Assembly (NCBI GenBank): GCA_030390025.1
Contig: CM059432.1
Coordinates: 53,384,001-53,448,000, forward strand
DNA: 64,000 nucleotides
Direction of reading: 5' to 3'
DNA from: Squalus acanthias
Taxonomy: Eukaryota
Below are positions 24,552 through 37,652 of the stretch, in pieces. The notes beneath the pieces were generated by a model. The model saw only the letters and a list, made by a program, of their open reading frames with translations. It did not search any database and was not told the DNA's origin. How positions within the stretch are numbered: the first letter of the stretch is position 1; each line of letters begins with the position of its first letter. Both the position numbers and the translations under genes were made by a program.

Positions 24552-25582
24552 GGTGGTGCTCCAAGGCCTGGTGGCATTGGCTGGGTCCTGAGGATTGCCA
24601 TGTTATGCAGCATGCAGCACACAACTACGAAGTTGGATACTCGCTCAGGCGAGTACTGCAGGGCTCCTCCAGAATGGTCGAGACAGCGGAACCATTGCTT
24701 GAGCACGCCGATTGTGTGCTCCATGATGTTCCTGGTAGCTTGATGGCTCTCGTTGTACCGCAGCTCAGCAGGGGTGTTGGGCGTACGGAGCGGTGTCATC
24801 AGCCAGGTGCTCAGTGGATACCCCTTGTCCCCGAGAAGCCAACCAACTGGCTGATGCGGTGCCTCGAAAAGTTCTGCCACAGTAGTCTGGCGCAGGATGA
24901 AAGCATCGTGGCAGCTGCCAGGATACTGGGCATTGACAGCGAGTATCAGCTGTCTGTGGTCACAGACCAACTGAACATTCAAGGAATGGAACCCCTTTCT
25001 GTTCTGGAAATCCTCGGCATTCTCATGCGGAGCACGCAAAGCCACATGCGTGCAGTCAATGGCGCCCTGCACCATGGGGAAGCCCGCTATCCTCGCAAAG
25101 CCCAGAGCGCGTTCTTGCTGCTTGTCTGGGGTCATGGGGAAAGAGATGAACTCTCGTCTCCTTTTAAAGAGGGCATTTGTGACCTTCCTGATGCAGCAAT
25201 GCACCGCGAACTGGGAGAGATTGGCGATGTCCCCAACAGCAGATTGAAATGAGCCAGTAGCATAAAAGTTCAGAGCCACTGTGACCTTCACTGCCACCGA
25301 CAGAGACGTCCTGGACCTCAGTTGAGGCTGCAGATCTGGCTGCAGCAGGTGGCAGAGCTCAGTGACCACCTCCTTGCTGAAGCGCAGCCTTCGCAGACAC
25401 TGCTCATCAGACATATGAATGTAGGAGAGCTGTTCACGATATACCCTGGGAGGGTAAGCTCTCCTGTACAGACGCCTGTTGGCCCTCCTCCGTCTGGCCA
25501 TCATTGCCACTCTCTCTCTGCGTCTCTGTCTCCTCCGATTCAGCTGGCGCAGGACGACGCCCCCCATCAGTGCAGCCCCCAT
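24422..25582 (-). CDS. Harbinger DDE transposase (HARBI1-like, DDE_Tnp_4 family), ~386 aa, open frame
   Basis: HTH-like LNFYATGSFQ region, catalytic-type motifs GAIDCTH, GDKGYP and RNIMEHTIG, and a C-terminal poly-Glu tract. Confidence 0.93.
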
Positions 25583-25774
25583 ATCTCTTAGCAAGCAAAG
25601 TTATGAAGGCCAGAAACCAAAGTACCAGCGAAGTTAGGATGAGTAGCCAAAAGTATCTCACACAGCGTTGACTCAATGCAGAAGTCTCTCTTTCTCTCTC
25701 TCCGAATCTCTCTCTCTCTCTCAGAACGAGTGGTGCAAAAATGTCAACCACAGAGAAAGACAGGAAGAGGCCCC

Positions 25775-25783
25775 CTTTAAATA
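25775..25783 (-). promoter_or_regulatory. TATA-like box upstream of the transposase
   Basis: TATTTAAAG about 200 nt upstream of the ATG, conserved at 18672-18680 and 46969-46977. Function is inferred. Confidence 0.45.
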
Positions 25784-26606
25784 GCGCCCCCCCCAGCCCC
25801 ACAGCGATTGTTAGCGTTCCACTCTTCCGGTCGTTGGATGCGCCAGGCGGTAAGGATGGGGGCGCCACTGAAATTCTGCTCTGGGGCGCCACAAGGGCGT
25901 TGCACTCTCGTATGACGTCACAATCTGCGCGCGCAGGAGATCGCGGCGATAAAGTTTAGCGCCGCCGCAAAATGTCTAGTTAAGTTCGCGAGCGGCGCAA
26001 ACATCGCTGCGCCCGGGCGCTAGCTGCTTTGCGCCCCATTAGCGCCCTCTTAAGGCGCTAACGGGAGGCGCAACCAACTGAATTTTTCCCCCCAGGTTTT
26101 AAAGGGCTGCCTTAAAAAGTTTGATTGGGTTGAAGCTGTACTTTCATCACACGAAGCAGGAATAGCTGCAGAAAAATTTGGCAGGGCTGTGTGAGGCAAT
26201 AAAATGCCTGGAAGAGCTCCATTTATTGATGAGGCCTTCAGATCATAATCCAATTATTATGTCATTCTGAAATTCTGTACAACAGAGGAATATTGTCTTG
26301 TCACTTGGTTCTTGTATCGCATAATATAAATCTACTTTATGAATGAAGTTTTCAGTGCTCTTAAAACCCACATAATTAAATACTGAATGCTGAATGCAAG
26401 AGTTTCGGAATATATCATCTCACTATGAAGGAAAACAATGAAAAAAAAAGCCCACGGGCTATTTTGGAATGGCTACTGGGCTCCTTATGGGTCTGAAATT
26501 CTGAAAATTGGATACATTTCAAAATTCTACAGGAAAACTACAGTGAAAGGAAAGCACTAAAGATTTCCAGCAGTAAACCAAGCAAAGGGAAATGGTGAAA
26601 ATGATT

Positions 26607-26785
26607 ATCATAGAATCATAGAAATGTACGGCACAGAATGAGGCCATTCGGCACATCGTGTCTGCGCCGGTCAAAAAAGAGCTATCCAGCCTAATCCCAC
26701 TTTCCAGCTCTTGGTCCGTAGCCTTACAGGTTACGGCACTTCAAGTGCATATCCAAGCACTTTTTAAATGTGATAAGGGTTTAGA
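26607..26785 (-). mobile_element. CR1-type 3' tail fragment
   Basis: (TTCTATGA)n tail and GAATGGCCT hairpin region; same family as 47720-47862. Confidence 0.7.
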
Positions 26786-27105
26786 ATTCCTTTGACATTT
26801 TCACCTTAAGAGCAAATATATGTTTTAGTAATTCCATTACTTATAAGGATATAAGTCAGCAACAGGAATTAAAGTAGGAAAAGGGAGGTAATTTTAACCT
26901 AACCCGCACAGCCGTAAACTGATAGAATCAAATCTGACGCCTGTTTTACACTCCGCCCAATCTTACTTTCCATTGAACCTTTATATTCATCACAATGAAA
27001 GATTGACTGCAAGCTGTATTCAAAATGAATTCATTTTCTGCAGTTGTATGTGTTTAACGTGTTTGGCTGTCACATTTGCTTGCTGCCTGTCATAAATTTC
27101 TCTGT

Positions 27106-27174
27106 TAACTCTGTTTCTCTCTTCACAGATGCTGCCTGACCTGCTGAGTTCCTCCAGCATTTTCTGTTTTTATT
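27106..27174 (+). mobile_element. 69-bp Penelope 3'-terminal insertion
   Basis: Matches 21056-21124. 14-bp TSD ATAAATTTCTCTGT (27092-27105 and 27175-27188). Confidence 0.8.
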
Positions 27175-27796
27175 ATAAATTTCTCTGTGTTTATTGTGAA
27201 TATGACCTAAATGCTGCTCTAGTTGAGGACATAGGACTTGTGATTGTCTGCATAGCCAAGTGACAACTTATTGGGAACGTGGAAAGCTTTCTATCTGTAT
27301 CTACAACCAACTCTGATGTGTCTGCATGAGTGTCAGTGACCTCCTTTGCTGGTCTTGGTGTTTGCTGTTAAGTTTGCAGGGTTACATGATGGCCTTGAAC
27401 TGCGGTAATGTGAATGCTGCTCCTGTGGTGCTCCATCATGCTACTGCTGGAGAGCATCTCCTCATGATCTGTGTGAGTTTTTGAGAATTTCTTCATCATG
27501 GGTTTTCCATAACTATACTCCAAGCAAGTTAAAACCATCGATAATTATCTCACAGAGTTTGAACCTCAAAGTCTCCACAGCATAATGGAAGCATTCATGA
27601 GGGATACTCCGACTGCTGAGCTCAAGTCTCACTCCTGTTGCTGACTGCTCAATGGCAGACTGCAGTGGAGGAGTCAAGCCTCAAAGTGATGAAGACATGG
27701 ATTAGAGTCTCAGCAGTGGTAGAGCAGGAGTAGGCAATGCTTTGAAATTGGAAAAAGGCAGTCTTATTGAGAGAAAAGATGTGGAGAAGACACTTA

Positions 27797-29957
27797 TGGC
27801 GAGAAATTCGTTTTAACCAGTAAAGTTGCCGGTGGAATTAACGGCCGCTGAAAATGGCCGCAACTCTAATGGAGCAAAATTCATCTGGGGGGATGGAGAT
27901 TATTGGTGCAGTGCTCACCTTCCGTGCAACACCATCCTGGTGGCATTGCTGGAGGCATCCTACCCAAAGTTTGTGTGCAGGAGTGGCGTTGCAGCTTCTC
28001 ACAGCCTTTGGAAGCGAGGCTGTGGAGCTTGCATGGAATTGTGGGCAGTTAAGAGGTTTGAGAGTTAAAGGGACCATGCACATTGAAGCAATACAAATTA
28101 AAATGAAGTGAAACAATGCAGGTTTCAGCCCTTTCTGCCTTAAAAAAATAACATTAAAAAGAAGTCCAAAATGTGAATATTCAGCTCTTAAAGCTGAATT
28201 CCCTACCGAACCTTAAAAAATGGGAAAAATGCCTCAGCACTAACACAAATGGGGCCAAGCCAGGGAAGGGGCATCCAGGGTCTCGCCCGCAGCACTCCAA
28301 CTTTATGCAGGGGGTCAACACTGCAAAACAGACCCTCTACCCACAGGGGTCAGGAGGGCCTCCAGAAAGAATGATGTGGGAGTACATCACCGAGGTCATC
28401 ACTGCCAGCAGTGTCACCCCCCACCACCTGGCTCCAGTGCCCAAAGAAGCTTCATGACTGGTCAGGGTAGTGAATGCATCTTCAACAGCCATCTCCTACC
28501 AACTGCACCACTAGCCTCACACACTGCTCAATGCATGATCCCCACCCCCAATCACTCATCTACCAGCAATCTGCACCAATCACGAGGCACATCTCCCATT
28601 CCTAGCCTCACCTCACCCCCTTAGAGGAGACGGTGCAGGCCATTCTTGGCAGAGGCATGGCTGAGCCCTTGGCCAGCGCCAGGGCTGAAAGGATACAAGA
28701 TGCGGGTATCCTCATACGTCATCCTGCTTCTGGCATGCACCTTGTGCTTACCTGCCCTCTCATCACCACAACTCCAGCCTTGTGCCTTCCTCATTTCACA
28801 CACCCAAGAAATGCAGCCTGCCCAGCCAGTGGGTGACCAAGAAGAGGGAGAGGAGAGTGAAGAAGAACAAGAAGAAAAAGATTGATTTGACACTCCCAGC
28901 CACCAGCTCCTCAAGGTCGACCAGCAAGGCCATTTGCAGTGTTCCACCAGCCATGCTGCAGCCACTGGGGTAGCATCAGTAGGATAGGCAAAGGCACACA
29001 CAAGGCAACCACTAAGAGAATGCATACGGGTGATAAGTTGATTTCTTGATGTCACATTGGATGGATAGATGTATATCGGTGGATTGAAAAGTTTGCTTTG
29101 TGGTGGCTTTTATTTCAGCATCGTGGCCAAGAGGACGCTGTGATGGTCAGTAACAGAGGGAAGGTAAGGTGTGGGATAAATGTTGAAAGGGGAAGTGGGG
29201 TTGTAGTTACTGGGACCGCAGGCGGATGATTCCATCCCGGATATCCCAACCACAAAGGGGCTGTCTGGGATACATCCTTCCTTCCGCTTCCTCCTCTTCT
29301 GCTTCCTCCTCTTCTGTGTCTTCCTCTTCCCCCTGCAAGCGGATGCTGTAAATCTGAAATGACAGCATAAAATGCTGGAAATACTCAGCTGGTCAGGCAG
29401 CATCTCGACCTGAGATGCGAATCCTGTTTTTCTTCCCACGGATGTTGCCTGATCTGCTGAGTATTTGCAGAATGTTCTGTCTTCTCAATGGACTTCATTT
29501 ACCATCCAAGCCCTTGCAAGCATCCAGCAGCACTCCCTACACATTTAAAACAACTTCTCTCATCTATTGCAGTAAGCCACTACTTCAATAAAATCAAAAA
29601 ACCCAGTCCAAAACCTTAAATCCAAAATTACCTGAACGATGTGTGTGTCCCTTTAAGAGGTTCAGACATTGCCACTGTCAGCATGCTTGCACGGCAGCTT
29701 AGGACCCAGCACTGAATTCAGCGCTAGGGTTGAAGTTCACGCTTGTGACGTAAAGTTGGCGTTGCACGCCGATTTACGTCACAACGCCGCCATGTTGTTC
29801 GGGATGGTGCTGCCAGTTACCAGCAGCGCAAAGGTGAGGATGAAAACAGTGGCCGCTGCGGGAACCGCCACCAGCTGGCAAAAGAGCCATGGCCGCCATT
29901 TTAGTGCCATTCAATGGCGCTACACAGAGTGGCGTTAAGGCCACGAATTTCTCCCCC
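27797..29957. mobile_element. Non-autonomous Harbinger, ~2.16 kb
   Basis: TIRs TGGCGAGAAATTCGT and ACGAATTTCTCCCCC match at 13 of 15 positions, with TTA on both sides. Decayed Myb pieces at ~28250-29030 and an acidic transposase tail at ~29220-29330. Confidence 0.8.
29352..29480. mobile_element. Inverted pair of Penelope 3' termini
   Basis: AAAATGCTGGAAATACTCAGC..CAGGCAGCATC is followed by its degenerate reverse complement. Confidence 0.65.
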
Positions 29958-30357
29958 TTAAATTTGGGACCAAGAAATGCAAAATTTAAATATCAGCACA
30001 ATGGGGATTGAAACATGGGGAGGTGAATTTCTGCAGAAGTTTTCTCACTGCTGTAACTTCAGCGAAAGAGCCATGGAAAATCTATACCATTTTTCAGGAT
30101 TTCCATGGCTCTTCTATTGGTTATGGTAGATGAGGGGGAGAACCCCCACAAAAGTTCATTCCCATGGTGATTGGGCTTATGAGGGATGTAGCGTCTCAGT
30201 GCAATGCCATATCCAGCCCTTCCACCCCACAAATGACAGTAGATTGGCAGAAAGTGAACAGGCAGCCATTGCAGTAGTGGATGTGGCAAAGCCATTTCTA
30301 AGGCCATCTCCTGACCCGTCACACGATATCATAGATCCACTTCAATCCCACAATCCC

Positions 30358-30672
30358 AGCTAGTATTAGTAATGATGACCATGAAACTACCGGATTGTCG
30401 CAAAAACCCATCTGGTTCACTAATGTCCTTTCGGGAAGGAAATCGGCCGTCCTTACCTGGTCTGGCCTATATGTGACTCCAGACCCTCAGCAATGTGGTT
30501 GACTCCTCAGCAATGTGGTTGACTCTTAGCTGCCCTCTGAAATGGCCTATCAAGCCACTCAGTTGTATTCAAGAAGGCGGCTCACCACCACCTTCTCGAG
30601 GGCAATTAGGGATGGGCAATAAATGCTGGCCTTGCCGGCAACGCCCACATTCCTGTGAATGAATAAAAAAAA
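30358..30672 (+). mobile_element. SINE of the 19460 family, 5'-truncated
   Basis: Same core and LINE tail, with an internal 20-bp tandem duplication CTCAGCAATGTGGTTGACTC. Confidence 0.85.
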
Positions 30673-30981
30673 GAGGCTCCCACTGACATTCAGCAGTCAG
30701 CCACTTTACCTACTCTTGCTACTAGGGCAGCATCTAGAAGCATTAGATTACATCCTAGAGCACCCAATTCACACACTATCACCAAGGGAAAGCACTGAAG
30801 CAAATACAAAATTAACTTAAATGGTATCAAATTTAGTTGCACCTTATTTGAACTGCGCCAAAGTTATTTTGGTTTGGTTTGGTTTGGTTGGAATAGGATA
30901 ATAGCAGGTGGAAGGAATAGGTTAATTCAGGGTTGAATGAAGGTGTATTTAGCCACTGCATTGTACACATTGGGGAAGGTC

Positions 30982-33900
30982 TTTTTTAGTATTTGTTCAT
31001 GGGATGTGGGCATCACTGGCAAGGCCAGCATTTATTGCTCATCCCTAATTGCCCTTGAGAAGGTGGTGGTGAGCCGCCTTCTTGAACCGCTGCAGTCCAT
31101 GTGGTGAAGGTACTCCTACAGTGCTGTTAGGGATGGAGTTCCAGGATTTTGACCCAGTGACGATGAAGGAACGGCGATATATTTCCAAGTCAGGATGGTA
31201 TGTGACTTGGAGGGTAACTTGGAGGTGGTGGTGTTGGACGTGACTCCAGGATGGTATGTTGCTTCCCTGGTGCCAGGGTCAAGGATGTCACTGAACGGCT
31301 GCAGGACACTCTGAGGGGGGAGGGTGAACAGCTAGACGTCGTTGTCCATATCAGTACCAACGACATAGGCAGAAAGAGGGATGAGGTCCTGCAGGCAGAC
31401 TATAGGGAGCTAGGAAAGAGATTAAAAAACTGTACCTCAAAAGGTAGTAATCTCCGGATTACTCTCGGTGCCACGTGCTAGTGAGTACAGGAATAGGAGG
31501 ATAGAACAGATGAATGCGTGGCTGGTGAGATGGTGCAGGAGGGAGGGCTTTAGATTCCTGAGGCATTGGGACCATTTCTGGGGAAGGTGGGACCTGTACA
31601 AGCTGGACGGGTTACACCTCAACAGAGCCGGGACCAATATTCTCATGGGGAGGTTTGCTAGTGCTGTTGGGGAGGGTTTAAATTAGCTTGGCAGGGGGAT
31701 GGACACCAGCATATAGAAGTAGAAGAGAGGAATAAGGTGCATAAAAGAGTGAGTGTGCTGGATAGTACTAGAGAAGAAAGTAGTACTAGAGGTGGAAGTA
31801 GTACCATATTAGATAGGAGCAGACTAAGAAAGACTACGGAAAATTCAAAAATGGGTTTAGAATGCATGTACGTAAACGCACAAAGTGTGGTGAATAAGGT
31901 TGGTGAGCTACAAGCACAATTAGCCGTGTGGCAATATGATGTTGTGGCAATAACAGAAACGTGGTTTAAAAACAGTGAGGACTGGGCACTTAATATTCAA
32001 GGGTACAAGGTGTTCAGAAAAGATAGGGAAGGAAAAAAGGAAGGTGGAGTGGCAGTGCTGATTAAGGAAGACATTGTGTTGGAAAGGAAGGATGTTCTTA
32101 AGGGGACAAGAACAGAATCCATTTGGTTAGAGTTGAGGAGCAAAAAGGGTATGATCACACTATTGGGGGTATTCTACAGGCCTCCAAATAGTGAGAGGGA
32201 GGTAGAGGAGTAAATCTGCAGGGAAATCGCAGAGATATGCAAGAGCTATAGAGTGGTGATATTGGGGGACTTTAATTACCCAAATATCGATTGGGATAAT
32301 GCTAGGATAAAGGGAAAGGAGGGGGAGGAATTTCTGAAATGTATTCAGGAGAATTTCCTTGACCAGTATTTTCTTGGCCCAACTAGGAAAAAGGCATTGC
32401 TGAATCTGGTGCTGGGGAATGAGGTGGGCCAGGTCGACCAAGTGTCTGTGGGAGAACACTTGGGTACGAGTGATCATCGTATCATAAGAATTAGATTAGC
32501 AATGGAGAGGAGCAAGGAACAATCTAGAGTGGAACTTCTAAACTGGAATAGGGCTAACTTCAATGGGATGCGAAAGGATCTAGCCAGGGTAAAATGGAAC
32601 CAAAGACTGACAGGAAAAACTCTAACGGAACAATGGGTGATCTTTAAGGAGGAGATGTTCCAAGTACAGGCTAGGTACATTCCAACAAGAAGGAAGGGTA
32701 AGGGAACCAAAGCAAGGGCTCCTTGGATGACATGGGAGATAGAGAAGATAATGAAACAAAAAAAGAGGGTGTACAATGAATGTCAGGTGAATTCTTCAAG
32801 GGAGAACCAGACCAAATACAATAAGTTAAGAGGGAAAGTGAAGATGAAAATAATATTGGCAAAGAGAGAATATGAGAGTAGAATGGCGGTTAACATAAAA
32901 GGGAACCCCAAAATCTTCTACCGGCATGTAAACAGTAAGTGGGTAGTAAGAAGCGGGGTGGGGCCTATTAGGGACAAAGAAGGTGATATATGCTTAGAGG
33001 CACAGGACAAGGCTAGAATACTCAATGAGTACTTTGTATCGGTATTTACTAAGGAGGTGGATGCTGACAAAATATCGGTAAAAGTGGAAAAGGTAGAAGC
33101 AATGGAAGGGGTGAAAATTGATAGACAGGATGTACTGGAAAGGCTGGGTATGCTTAGAGTGGTTAAGTCGCCTGGTCCAGATGGCTTGCATCCCAGGTTG
33201 CTAAGGGAATTGGGGGAGGAGATAGCGGAAGGGCTCGCCATAATTTTCTAATCTTCCCTTGATGCGGGGGAGGTGCCTGAGGATTGGAAAGTAGCAAATG
33301 TGACACCATTGTTCAAGAAAGGGTGTCTGGACAATCCTAGTAACTACAAGTCGGTCAGTTTAACATCAATGGTAGGTAAAGTTTTCGAAACAATAATCAA
33401 GGAAAAAATTAATGGGCACTTGGAGAGGTTTAAACTAATTAAGGAGAGCCAACACGGATTTGTAAAAGGCAGATCATGTCTGACTAATCTAATTGAATTT
33501 TTTGATGAAGTAACAGGGAGGATGATGAAGGGAATGCAATGGATATTGTCTACATGGATTTTAGGAAGGCGTTTGACAAAGTACCACATAGAAGGCTGGT
33601 TAACAAAATTGAGGCTCATGGAATAGGTGGGTCAGTGGCAGCTTGGATAAGGAATTGGCTTAAGGAGAGAAAACAGTGAGTTGTGGTAAATGGCTGTTTT
33701 TCAGACTGGAGGATGGTAACAGTGGTGTTCCCCAAGGGTCAGTGCAGGGGCCACTGCTTTTTTTGATATATATAAATGCCCTGGATAAGTTATGCTGAAC
33801 CTATATAAAGCACTGGTTAGGCCACAACTGGAGTATTGTGTCCAGTTCTGGTCACTACACTTTAGGAAGGATGTGAAGGCACTTGAGAGGGTGCAGAGGA

Positions 33901-36873
33901 GATTTATCAGAATGGTTCTGGGGATGGGGAATCTTAGCTACAAGGACAGGTTGAAGCAGCTAAATTTGTTTTCATTAGAGCAAAGGAGGTTGAGGGGTGA
34001 TTTGATAGAGGTGTACAAGATTATGACGGATTTGGATAGGCTAGAGGGGGAAAGGCTGTTCCCACTAGTTAATGGTACAAGGACTAGATGACACAGATTT
34101 AAGGTTTTGGGCAAGAGATACAGGGAGGATGTGAGGAAAAACTTTTTTATGCAGTGAGTGGTGAGGACCTGGAATTCGCTGCCAACGGAAGTGGTGGAAG
34201 CGGAGACACTCAATGTTTTTAAGGGGAGACTGGATAGGTACTTGAGGGAAATAAACTTGCAGGGCTACGGGGATGGAGCGGGGGAATGGGACTGACTGGA
34301 TTGTTCTGCAGAGAGCCAACGTGGACTCGATTGGCCGAATAGCCTCTTTCTGTGCTGTTATGACTCTATGACACTATGCGCCTGCTGCCCTTGTCCTTCT
34401 AGGTGGAAGAGGTCATGGGTTTGGGAGGTGCTGCCGAAGAAGTCTTAGCGAGCTGTTGCAATGCATCTTGTAGATGGTACACACTGCAGCCACAGTACGC
34501 CGGTGGTGGAGGGAGTGAATGTTTAAGGTGGTGGATGAGGTGCCAATCAAGTGGGCTGCTTTGTCCTGGATGGCGTTGAGCTTCTTGAGTGTTGTTGGAG
34601 CTGCACACATCCAAGAAAGTGGAGAGTATTCCATCACACTCCTTACTTGTGCCTTGTAGATGGTGGAAAGACTTTTGGGAGTCAGGAGGTGAGACACTCA
34701 TCGCAGAATATCCAGCCTCTGACCTGCTCTTGTTGCCACAGTATTTATGTGGCTGGTCCAGTTAAGTTTCTGGTCAATGGTGACCCCCCAGGATGTTGAT
34801 GGTGGGGGATTGGTGATGGTAATGCTGTTGAATGTCATGGGGCGGTGGTGAGACTCTCGCTTGTAGGAGATAGTCATTGCCTAGCACTTGTGTGGCGCGA
34901 ATATTACCTGCCACTTATCAGCCCAAGCCTGAATGTCGTCCAGGTCTTGTTGCATGCGGGCATGGACTGCTTCATTATCTGAGGAGTTGCGAATGGCACT
35001 GAACATTGTGAGTCATCAGCGAACATCCTCATTTCTGACCTTATTTTATTTATTGATGAAGCAGCTGAAGATGGTTGGGCCTAGGACACTGCCCTGAGGA
35101 ACTCATGCAGCGATGTCCTGGGGCTGTGATGATTGACCTCCAACCACCACAACCATCTTCCTTTGTGCTGGATATGGCTCCAGCCAATGCAGAGTTTTCC
35201 CCCCGATTGACTTCAGTTTTACTAGGGCTCCTTGATGCCACACTCGGTCAAATGCTGCCTTGATGTCAAGGGTAGTCACTCTCATCTCACCTCTGGAATT
35301 CAGCTCCTTTGTCCATGTTTGGACCAAGGCTGTAATGTGGTCGGGAGCCTTGGCGGAACCCAAACTGGGCATCAGTGAGCAGGTTATTGGTGAGTAAGTG
35401 CCGCATGATAGCACAGTCGATGACACCTTCCATCACTTTGCTGATGATTGAGAGTAGACTGATGGGGCGGTAAATTACCGGATTGGATTTGTCCTGCTTT
35501 TTTGTGGACAGGACATACCTGGGCAGTTTTCCAGATTGTCGGATAGATGTCAGTGTTGTAGCTGTACTGGAACAGCTTGGCTAGAGGCACAGCTAGTTCT
35601 GGAGCACAAGTCTTCAGCACGGCAGCCGGGATGTTGTCGGGGCCTACTGCATTTGCTGTATCCAGTGCGCTCAGCTGTTTCTTGATAATTCGTGGAGTGA
35701 ATCCAATTGGCTGAAGACTGGCTTCCGTGATACTGGTGACCTCAGGAGTAGGCCGATATGGATCATCCACTCGGCACTTCTGGCTGAAGATGGTTGCAAA
35801 CGCTTCAGCCTTGTCTTTTGAACTGACGTGCTGGGCTCCACCATCATTGAGGATGGGGATATTCATGGAGCCTCCTCTTCCCGTTAGTTGTTTAATGGTC
35901 CACCACCATTCATGATTGGATGTGGCAGGACTGCAGTGCTTTGATCTGATTCATTGATTCTGGGATCGCTTAGCCCTGTCTATAGAATGCTGCTTCCGCT
36001 TTATAGCATGCATGTAGTCCTGTGTTGCAGCTTCACCAGGTTGGCACCTCATTTTTAAGTATGCCTGGTGCTGCTCCTGGCATGCTCTTCTACACTCCTT
36101 ATTGAACCAGGGTTGGTCCCCTCTCTTGATGGTAATGGTAGAGTGAGGGATATGCTGAGCCATGAGGTTACAGATTGTGTTGGAATACAATTCTGCTGCT
36201 GCTGATGGCCCACAGCGCCTCGTGGATACCCAGTTTTGAGCTGCTAGATCTATTCTGAATCTATCCCATTTAGCACGGTGGTAGTGCCATACAACATGAT
36301 GGAGGGTATCCTCAGTGTGAAGACGGGACTTCGTCTCCACAATGACTGTGTGGTGGTCATTACTATCAATGCTGTCATGGACAGATACATCTGCGACAGG
36401 TAGATTGGTGAGGACCAGGTCAAGTAGGTTTTTCCCTCGTGATGGTTCTCTCACCACCTGTCGTAGGCCCAGACTGGCAGCTATGTCCTTCAGATCTCGA
36501 CCAGCTCGGTCAGTAGTGGTGCTACCGAGCCACTCTTGGTGATGGACATTGAAGTCCCCTACCCAGAGTACATTCTGTGCCCTTGCTACTCTCAGAGCTT
36601 CTTCCAAGTGGTGTTCAACATGGAGTACTGATTCATCAGCTGAGGGAGAGCGATAGGTGTTAATCAGCAGGAGGTTTCCTTGCCCATGCTTGACCTGAAG
36701 GCATGAGACTTCATGGGGTCCGGAGTCAATGTTGAGGAGTCCCAGGGCCACTCCTTCCTGACTGTATAACACTGTGCTGCCACCCCTGGTGGTTCTGTCC
36801 TGCCGGTGGGACAGGACATACCCAGGGATCGTGATGGAGGAGTTCGGGACATTGGCTGAAAGGTATGATTCTG
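30982..36873 (-). mobile_element. APE-RT LINE copy 2, split by a CR1 at 31236-34375
   Basis: Same endonuclease and RT motifs as copy 1. 3' piece at 30982-31235, remainder at ~34376-36873. Frameshifts present. Confidence 0.92.
31236..34375 (+). mobile_element. CR1 LINE with partial ORF1 (SGNH/esterase-like) and ORF2 (APE plus RT), internally deleted at ~33780
   Basis: FPGARVKD..VVHISTND..DGLHLN; YVNAQS, ITETW, GDFNYP, SDH; QHGFVKGRSCLTNL. The sequence jumps from YIN to LVRPQLEYC, so FADD is lost. (CTATGA)n-like tail. Confidence 0.93.
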
Positions 36874-37652
36874 CTGATATATTGGAGGGTTATGGCACTT
36901 GGGTGAAGATCTCATCAATGAGAGCTTGTTATATGATCTGGCAAACAGTCATCTACTTGATACATCTATGCACTGCAGATTGTTACTGAATTTTATGTGC
37001 CACATGAAAATTCAAGGCTTTAGTAACATTGACAGCCACTGGTAGTGCCTACATTGCAACAGTAACAACACTTCAATGGTACTTTGTTAATTGTATAGCG
37101 CTCTGGAAAGTCCTGGGATCATGAAAGGTGCTATATAAATGCAAGTCTTTCTTTTTCTTTCTTTCCTGCAGTGGAAGTTTGCTGGAAGTCAAAATCTAGA
37201 AGATAGAACAACACTGCAAACTACCTCAAAGGCAAAGTGGAGACTGCAAAAACAATTCACCTTCTGACATCCCAAGGTAGGTGTGCCTCCGCTTGTAGAT
37301 TCAGCTTTGTGAGTAAGGATGCATAAGTTTGAGTCAAATGCTTTCTGAACTGTCTCCTTTCAACTTATTCTTCCTTTTTCTAAATAACACAGAGAGGAAT
37401 CTCCATTGAAATGCCCATTAAATCTGGCTGTCAAAACCCCATGGCAAAAAAGTTTTTTTTAAAAGACAAAAAAAAACACCTAGCACAAGAAAAATGCTAT
37501 TTTCTGATATTCTTCTCAACACACAGAGGTTATTCTTTAAATGCTGACCTCTTTTCAGCCAAAAACGTGACTACCCCATTTTTGTTTTATACTGGTGAGC
37601 TCAGTGCACAGTATATTCTTGGCAAGAATCATGGGAAATTATACATGTGCTA

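Larger units (their letters stand above)
21912..26092. mobile_element. Full-length PIF/Harbinger transposon, 4181 bp, potentially autonomous
   Basis: Perfect 16-bp TIRs GGGGGAAAAATTCAGT, 3-bp TSD CAG (21909-21911 and 26093-26095), and two convergent genes with open frames. Confidence 0.95.

Noticed and set aside
24362..25252. 296-aa plus-strand ORF, and the similar 46189-46791 ORF
   Set aside because: Antisense shadow of the GC-rich transposase. It is broken in the second copy and has no recognisable domain.
24422..25594. Domesticated host HARBI1 gene, or NAIF1/MSANTD for the partner
   Set aside because: It is flanked by TIRs and a TSD and has several decayed siblings nearby, so it is a transposon copy.
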